Below, piece by piece: positions 49,194 to 55,810 of a stretch of 55,810 nt of DNA. The notes below the pieces were generated by a model. It did no database searches, was not told the DNA's origin, and saw only the letters and a program-made list of their open reading frames with translations. The DNA is taken from assembly GCA_049472335.1 (NCBI GenBank), contig JBLIRO010000032.1:1-55810 (forward strand). Reading direction: 5' to 3'. Position 1 is the first letter of the stretch. Each line of letters starts with the position of its first letter. A program made the translations under genes and the position numbers. This DNA is from a bacterium. Lineage in GTDB: Bacteria; SZUA-182; DTGQ01; JAFGSM01.

Positions 49194-49490
49194 TAAAAAT
49201 AAGGGGTTATATCATACGGCTTAACCCTTTTTTAGCAAATGGGCAACGTTTTAGGCAACACTTTACATTTAAAAAATATTCATATTTATTAAATTTACTC
49301 GTTGTTTAAAAAAATTCAACTAGATACAGTATATAGTGCTGAGGGATTTTAAGTAAACAGCCTCTGAACTTTTTAGCACCTTATTTTAAAGCAAATTGCT
49401 GAAATTATTGTATCTTTTGTTTAGGCGGTTTTTGTCAATTTTTGTCAATTTTAGTAGATTTTGAAAAATTTTCTCACACAGATTCACACA

Positions 49491-49853
49491 TCAAATAGGC
49501 AATAAACGTACCCTATGTCTTGATTCATCAACACTTATAATGGCCCCCTTTTCGAGGGCATGAGAAGATTCTTTTAAGATCTGCGCTAATCTTTTGTTCA
49601 CGTTCTTTGGTTTTTCATTATCAAGCCTGAAAATTATTACGCTTGGGAATATATCCTGTGAAGCAGCCAATAAATCACCAAAATCCAGATCACAAGTAAG
49701 GATGATTCTCTCCTCTTTTTTAGCAATTTTTACAATCTCTGTGTCCGATATGCTTTGTAATCCTCTTTCTCTCAGGTGGATTGAATCATAACCATTCGAC
49801 TTGAGCCAATTAATAGTAGATTGAGCTATACCCATATCAGCAAGAAATCTCAC
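49491..49853 (-). CDS. DUF5615 PIN-like toxin
   Basis: RFLADMGI, D.EI and ILTCDLDFG motifs; GTGA overlap with the antitoxin stop. Confidence 0.88.
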   Translation of the reverse strand: MRFLADMGIAQSTINWLKSNGYDSIHLRERGLQSISDTEIVKIAKKEERIILTCDLDFGDLLAASQDIFPSVIIFRLDNEKPKNVNKRLAQILKESSHALEKGAIISVDESRHRVRLLPI

Positions 49854-50086
49854 TTTTTCGCTCCAATGGTTGGATGAATCTCTTCCCTTGTCAACCATGA
49901 GGCATATTGAAGGGCTTCCTTTATATCTTCAGGTTCGAGATCAGGATATTCTTTAATTATATTATCTGTTTTCATTCCATTCGCTATAAGATTGACAATC
50001 AGAGAAACAGGTATCCTCATACCCCTGATACAAGCCTGTCCTCCCATGATATCAGGATTAAATGTTATTCTTTTAAACGCTTTCAT
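49850..50086 (-). CDS. DUF433 antitoxin
   Basis: RITFNPDIMGGQACIRGMRIPV..YPDL..EDIKEAL; GGAGG RBS. Confidence 0.9.
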   Translation of the reverse strand: MKAFKRITFNPDIMGGQACIRGMRIPVSLIVNLIANGMKTDNIIKEYPDLEPEDIKEALQYASWLTREEIHPTIGAKK

Positions 50087-50300
50087 GATATTGCCTCCTA
50101 AAAGATAATTAAATTTGCTGTTTTGAAATATAAGCTTCAAATTCTTTTTTGTCAAGACTGGTGGAACTTTTGCACTGGGAGAACTGCCCTAAATGGTCTA
50201 TTTACTTTTCCCCTCCTCTTTTTATAAAGCTAATTCACTTTGAGACGCTGCTCACATTGCCTATTGGAGCGTTTCGTTATCGAGAACTATTTTACACGGG

Positions 50301-50760
50301 TGTCCTTTGCAAAAATTAAATCAGAGGAAATTCTGACGGACAATATCCAAATTTGAATAACTAATAATAGGGAATTATGCTTTAAAATATAGTGTGAAAT
50401 ACTAAAATTTTTTATAAGAATAAGCATGAATCTATAAGAAAAACCTGATGAGTATATTTTTAAAGTATTTTACATGAGACACTAAATGATAAAGACAAAT
50501 TTAAGATGTTATCAAGCAGCTTCTTGCCACTCATACCGATGATGCAGACCACCAACATGAGCCAATTCAGTCAATTTTCCATTTTTTTCAACCCTGGCTT
50601 GAATAGAGCGATGGTTGGGTGCATCTTTTGAAAGCCCAAGGTGAGTTCTGTCATAGTGGTAGTAGGAAAGATATTCAGTGAGAATGCTTTTTAGATGCCT
50701 TTTATTCAGTACGATAACATGATCGAGGCAGTCTCTTCGGATACTTCCAATGAGTCTTTA
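50301..50760 (-). mobile_element. IS remnant: end plus C-terminus of integrase-core transposase (50512-50757)
   Basis: End TGTCCTTTGCAAAAA; manual translation RLIGSIRRDCLDHVIVLNKRHL...RTHLGLSKDAP...GGLHHRYEWQEAA*. Confidence 0.82.
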
Positions 50761-50819
50761 TTTCTTCTATATCTTCACTATAAACCATGCAGTATAACCG
50801 GGATCTTAAAATGCCTTTA

Positions 50820-52235
50820 TTAGCCTTCCTCCACATATCCTAAAGAACGAAATCTCTCTTTTTCCTCCTCTGTCAATTTTGGTGTTTCCTGAATAATATC
50901 CGGACCTAATAAATCTTCACTCCAAAGTTCCTTTACCTGGTTTGCCATATAATATAAATGGTTTTGATATAAAATATGATTGGCAAGGGTCTGTTTCTCA
51001 AAAAAGTCTTTCTGGAGATCAAACAGAAATGCATTATTACCATACATGATTAATTTTAGACTTCCGGATATAAGTGAAAAATTCTGCAAACTAAATTCGG
51101 AAAAGATAATGGCCGGCTCAGGATATTCAATAAAAAGGCTTCTTTCGCGATAGGGAAGATGTTCTTTTATATTCAAAAATTTCAGTATCGTTGGGACAAT
51201 ATCCAAATGCTATACAAGATCCTTTCTCCTTCCTTGCCTCATATCCTTATATCTTATAATAAGAGGGACATGAATTAAATCGTTTGTCAATCCGTGGCCG
51301 TGGGCAAAATAAAAGTCATGCTCACCCATCGCTTCTCCGTGATCTGCCGTAAAAATGATCAGGCTATTCTTATAGGCATGGATTTCCTTTAAAAAGGCGG
51401 TCAGGCGACCAAAATGCTCATCAAAATAGCATATTTCCCCATCATATTGGGCCATGTAATAATGATAATCCTTATTATCCTGTAGCCTCTGATATGATGG
51501 GATGCCTCCTTTTCCACTGACAGTATCATTAAATTTCAAATAAAGGGCCCCCTTGTTATGATCTAGAAACATGTTGTTATAAGGGGGCTTTGGTGTATAA
51601 GGTCCATGCGGATCCTGATAATGGACCCAAAAAAAGAAATGCCCTCCAGTATGCTGGCTTAAAATATCTAAGACAGAGTTACTCGTTTTTTCTGCTGTTC
51701 TCTCACATATATTTTTTCGGTTTAGTTCCTTCTCGTCCATTTGAGCATCGTAAATGTCAAAGCCCTGTTCAAAACCCTGGCCCTTTCGCAATACATAATT
51801 ACTCACTACTCCATAGGTCTGATATCCTGCCTCTTTCAATATATCTGCAAGCATAGGCACATTTGAATGCACGATTGCATTATTTTTGATGACCTTTGTC
51901 TCATGGGGTAAAAATCCACTTAAGAAGCTTGCACATGACAGACTTGTTGCTGGTGCTTGTGAGAAACAGTTTTCAAACAATACGCCTTCCTTTGCAAATT
52001 CATCTATATTGGGAGTTGTAGTTCTTTGATAGCCATAACATCCCAAGTGATCAGGTCTTAAAGTGTCCACACTGATTAAAATAATATTAGGTCTTGCCCC
52101 TGATGAGACTTTAAGCCCTTGAGTGGTGGTTTTGCAGCCTTGCGTAAAAGACAATATTATAATAATGAACACTATTTGTATTGACCATCCATGGCAGGTC
52201 CTTTTAAGTTCTCTAATATCCATTATATCTCTCAC
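50820..52235 (-). pseudogene. Sulfatase-family lipoprotein gene split by one in-frame TAG (51210-51212)
   Basis: PNIILISVDTLR, DPHGPY, ADHGE, HVPLI...KDLV*HLDIVPT...RSLGYV in a single frame. Confidence 0.8.
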
Positions 52236-52382
52236 CCTAGTTCAGAAAAATGAGTGATTCATTAATATAAAGTTACACTGATAGGTGGTTTGCTGCTAAA
52301 TCAAGGCAAATCATTTTCCTATACCCTGATTTAAGCCCGATATTGTGCCAGACTATCATACCTTTGTGAAAAACAGATTCGA

Positions 52383-52820
52383 TTATTGTAATAATACCCA
52401 ATTCAGATAGAAGTCAGGTGAACCGTAAACATAAGCAGGATAATCGAAACGTGCGTATGGATTCATTGCCCCTGGCAAGGCTGTATAAGGGAACGCAGTC
52501 AGAAATGGGGACCCAAAGTATGGGAAGGTAGCACCAAGGGGATAAAAAGAGGCTTCCATGGGTGCTAAAAATGGAGAATATGGTAAATATCCCAGTAAAT
52601 ATCCATTGATAGAATTATAATAACCCTCATCGGCAAGAAAGGGGCAAAGTTGAGACATATATATCCATGCTAGCGGACTAGGAAATAAGTCAGGTAATCC
52701 TATGTAATACCAATCGAAAAGGCAAATTTGGGCATATGCTATAGGTTTTAATGATAAATTCAAAATCATAGAAAATAGCAAAATAATGATTAATGCCTTT
52801 AAAAATCTATGATGATCCAT
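52383..52820 (-). CDS. Secreted Tyr/Pro/Gly-rich protein (paralog 2)
   Basis: AAGGAG RBS; signal peptide ending AYA-Q; C-terminal part conserved with its neighbour. Confidence 0.78.
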   Translation of the reverse strand: MDHHRFLKALIIILLFSMILNLSLKPIAYAQICLFDWYYIGLPDLFPSPLAWIYMSQLCPFLADEGYYNSINGYLLGYLPYSPFLAPMEASFYPLGATFPYFGSPFLTAFPYTALPGAMNPYARFDYPAYVYGSPDFYLNWVLLQ

Positions 52821-52877
52821 AACAGATCTCCTTTAATATAAAGAATATATAAATAATATTAGCCGAACACCATTCGA

Positions 52878-53306
52878 TTACTGTAGTAATACCCAAAGAT
52901 GATAAAAATCGGGTGATCCGTAGACATAAGTCGGATAATCAAAACGGGCATGTGGGATCATTGGCCCTGGTGAAGTTTGATAGGGGAAAGTGGTCTGATA
53001 TGGAGAGCCAAAGTACGGATACGTTGGGATTCCAGCTAAATTATAGGCAGCAGATACATCAGGGATTAAGAAGGGTGTGAATGGGGCATATCCCAACAGA
53101 TACCCATTAATACTGTTAAAATAACCATAACTGGTATAGTATGAAGACAATTGCCAATAAATATAGCACAATGAGTCAGGAAGATAAGGAGAACAAAAAG
53201 GGTCCCAAAATGTATGAGCAAATCCACCAAAAAGCAATATAGAGCTGATTACAAATAAAACAACGATTACAAAGACTTTTAGCTTTGATGATATGTCATT
53301 TTTCAT
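52878..53306 (-). CDS. Secreted Tyr/Pro/Gly-rich protein (paralog 1)
   Basis: AAGGAG RBS; signal peptide; NSINGYLLGY...ARFDYP.YVYGSPDFY..WVLLQ shared with its neighbour. Confidence 0.78.
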   Translation of the reverse strand: MKNDISSKLKVFVIVVLFVISSILLFGGFAHTFWDPFCSPYLPDSLCYIYWQLSSYYTSYGYFNSINGYLLGYAPFTPFLIPDVSAAYNLAGIPTYPYFGSPYQTTFPYQTSPGPMIPHARFDYPTYVYGSPDFYHLWVLLQ

Positions 53307-53486
53307 GATCCATCTCCTTAATCTGATTGGAGTTTTAATAGAAAAATTTCCTATTCATTGACATTTCAAATAAGGAATAACATTTTAGTTCTTTGAAAAA
53401 CTGTCAACTCAAATATTGATAATTCAATCGCAATTTTAGCACACAGTCCATTTCAAAGAGCTAAAATGTTACAAAAAGGATTTTTC

Positions 53487-53735
53487 TTAGACTTCTATAA
53501 ATATTATACTATATTTATTTTTAGTCACATAATTTAATAGCATAGGAATTTTCGTTTTATTTATGTGGTCTTCCAGCAAGTATAAAGAAGTTATTAGGCT
53601 TACTATTTCGGTGCGGGTTGGAATGTCTTCATGATCTTTCCATGCTCTTTTGGCAGCCCTGCGCAAAGCAATTTCTGCATTGCGGAAGTCAGGATCCTTG
53701 AGGCGTTTTGGTATCTGAGTTTTTTTTGGATTCAT
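53487..53735 (-). CDS. Small protein coupled to the zeta-toxin-like gene (putative antitoxin; C-terminal part doubtful)
   Basis: ATGA overlap; DPDFRNAEIALRRAAKRA helix. Confidence 0.5.
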   Translation of the reverse strand: MNPKKTQIPKRLKDPDFRNAEIALRRAAKRAWKDHEDIPTRTEIVSLITSLYLLEDHINKTKIPMLLNYVTKNKYSIIFIEV

Positions 53736-54254
53736 AATTTGCTTCCTTCATCAATCAGGACAGGCAATTTGCCTGAATTATCATAAAGTGCCCATTCATC
53801 AACAATGTTTTTATAGAGTTGTTGGAAATTTTTTAAACCTTTATAAAAACGGCGCCTGATCACTTCATTAGCTACAGAGTGCCCGCCTTCACGAACCCGT
53901 TGCTGCACTCGCAATAGCAAATTCAGGATCTGGCACCTGCAAAAAAAAGAGTTTCACGATATACCCCTTTAACTGCCATTCGTAAATTAACCGCGCATAA
54001 CCCTTGCCACTTAAGGTGGATTCAAAGGCGAAACTTTCATCCCTGCGAGTATACCCCTTCATAAGTTCAAGCATAATTCTCCCCGCACGAATAGCTGCCC
54101 TTTCAGGCGTAAAAGGGCTCAATCCTCCTGCGATAAGATCAGCATTGATAAAGTTTGGGCATCCCGCTTCATTTGGCAAGAATTCTTGTGCGAAAGTGGT
54201 TTTGCCTGCACCATTGGGGCCGCCTATGATAATAACCTTTTTCTTAAGAATCAT
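53732..54254 (-). pseudogene. Zeta-toxin-like P-loop ATPase, frameshifted near 53910
   Basis: GGPNGAGKTT, FINAD and ESTLSG in one frame; RVQQRVREGGH..IRRRF..YDNS continues in another frame. Confidence 0.82.
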
Positions 54255-54724
54255 CCATCAATTATTTTGTTAATGAGGCACTGCTAGAAGATGTCGCGAG
54301 CCTGCTTGAACTTATCATAACTATTTCAATATATTCCACTTGTTGAAAGATAGATGAAACATCCTCAAAGAATTCCAACATCAACTTTTAAAAGGGAATT
54401 ATAAAACCTATTCTATGAAATTATTCCTATATTTCCATAGTGCTTATAAAGATCTTATCGAAGTCGAACTGCTCAAACAACTCCTGAACCTCGATATCTG
54501 AGCAATATACCATTATCAAAATTGATATCTGCCTTCCTGTTCTATTCATTACCGTAATGCAAAAGTGAAATACTGTGGCCCATTAATGGGAATATGTCTT
54601 GATTTTTTTATTATATTCCTGTAATTAAAGAAGGTATGATTGAAATATTATTTTGACGATACAGGGATTAAAATTTCGTAACATTTTAGTTGTGTAAAAT
54701 GCATGCTTCTTATTCAATGCTCGC

Positions 54725-54813
54725 GGGGTCCGGTTTTGAAATATTGACAACGAGCTTAAAGAAAATCATGATTGGATATGTTATCCCGTTCTCATATTTA
54801 AAGACTTGAACCC
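54725..54813 (+). repeat. ~88-bp MITE/REPIN-like element, copy 2
   Basis: ggggtccggttttgaaatattgacaa...ttctcatatttaaagacttgaaccc. Confidence 0.75.
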
Positions 54814-54881
54814 ACTTAATCTCATTCAAACAACTAAAATGATACAAAAATTCTTAGTTTCAAATAAATCTGGATAGAAGG

Positions 54882-55507
54882 GTGATTATGCCCAAAATCC
54901 GTCTTTTTCTCTCATCCCCTGGGGATGTAAATCAAGAGCGCGAGAAAGTCAATGTGGTTGTGTCAGAAATCAACCGCATATTTGATTATCTTGATGTATG
55001 CATTGAGGTAATCGATTGGAAAACCCACATAGCTCCTGACATGGGCCAGCCCCAGGAGGTAATTAACCGCCAGATCGGTGACTATGACCTTTTTGTGGGC
55101 ATCATGTGGAAACGGTTCGGTAGGCCCACAGGGACTGCGGAATCCGGTACAGAGGAGGAATTCAGAATTGCCTATGACAACTGGGAGCGCTTCAAACGCC
55201 CTCGCATCCTGTTTTATTTCTGCCTCAGGCCTTACATGCCTATGAATAGTGAAGAAATGGGCCAGATGAGTAAGGTTATAGCCTTTAGAGAGGAAATTCA
55301 GCAGAAGGGATTGGTATGGGAGTATCAGCCCTATGAGGAATTTGCTGACGCACTGCGTGCCCATCTTGCAAAAATAGTAAAGGAGTGGTTCTTACCAAAG
55401 GGGGAAGAACCCCCAACAATAGCTGATTTCAACAAGTATCTCAGGTATCTCATGGAAAAGAGCATGTATATTGACATCCGGGGGCTGGTCACAGGAGAGT
55501 GCAAGGC
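54882..55507 (+). pseudogene. DUF4062-like N-terminal domain gene interrupted by an IS
   Basis: LFLSSPGDV..ER, DLFVGIMWKRFG..TG..ESGTEEEF and FYF motifs; the frame runs into the IS end at 55508 after YIDIRGLVTG. Confidence 0.72.
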
Positions 55508-55810
55508 TGTACCTTGCCAAAACTCCATCTGACTAAAAAATGAACCTTAATCAGGATAATTTTCAAAAATTTATTATTGAGATGTAAAAATTTATTGAAT
55601 AAAAGCCGAACTATATGATGAAAATAATCACAGAATATATATGAGAGGGCAGGGCTATCTAATAAGAATACAGTAAAGGTACTTGCCTTTTGAAAATTAG
55701 CTTAAGCAGCTTTTTGCCATACATATTTATAGTGAAGACCACCAAGTCTGGAAATAGTTATCACTTTAGCTTTATCTGATGGCTTATGCAGTACAGCACG
55801 TCCCTTTGGT
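55508..55810 (-). mobile_element. IS end with transposase C-terminus (55702-55810); continues beyond the window
   Basis: End TGTACCTTGCCAAAA; PKGRAVLHKPS...RLGGLHYKYVWQKAA*, similar to 44241-44546. Confidence 0.88.

Noticed and set aside
49118..49309. 63-aa ORF
   Set aside because: Overlaps the tRNA-derived att fragment; spurious.
45061..51212. Genome-wide TAG reassignment suggested by in-frame TAGs in the transposase and sulfatase
   Set aside because: TAG ends several complete genes normally (2786, 15954, 40878), and the transposase has other lesions.

Overview
AT-rich bacterial chromosomal segment, probably from an anaerobe with a Desulfobacterota-like gene repertoire (inferred from gene content). 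Left to right: an IS (DDE transposase, truncated by the window edge) sits just upstream of a secreted tail-fibre-like protein with a C-terminal S74 chaperone domain. Next come a PIN/DUF6364 toxin-antitoxin pair bracketed by direct repeats, a membrane Ser/Thr kinase converging on a polysaccharide deacetylase and LysM-TPR lipoprotein operon, and sigma54-type promoters. A GT2-bshB1-BshC-like operon lies divergent from a 54-codon gene missed by the ORF track, which has an in-frame TGA and a SECIS-like hairpin (candidate selenoprotein). Then follow a MATE transporter, a patatin, two tandem paralogous ~930-aa multiheme cytochromes c with long Met/Pro-rich N-terminal regions, a DUF364 protein and a 2716-aa FG-GAP/PKD surface protein. 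Ordinary genes come next: DHH phosphoesterase, MFS, ADP-ribosylglycohydrolase, hybrid histidine kinase, 5'-nucleotidase. From tRNA-Arg(TCT) to the end is a decayed accessory region with co-oriented remnants of one IS family, an orphan tRNA-Arg(CCT) 3' half (att scar), a four-gene operon of unknown exported proteins, TA modules, pseudogenes and twin Tyr/Pro-rich secreted proteins. Family assignments come from motif recognition only; no database search was run.
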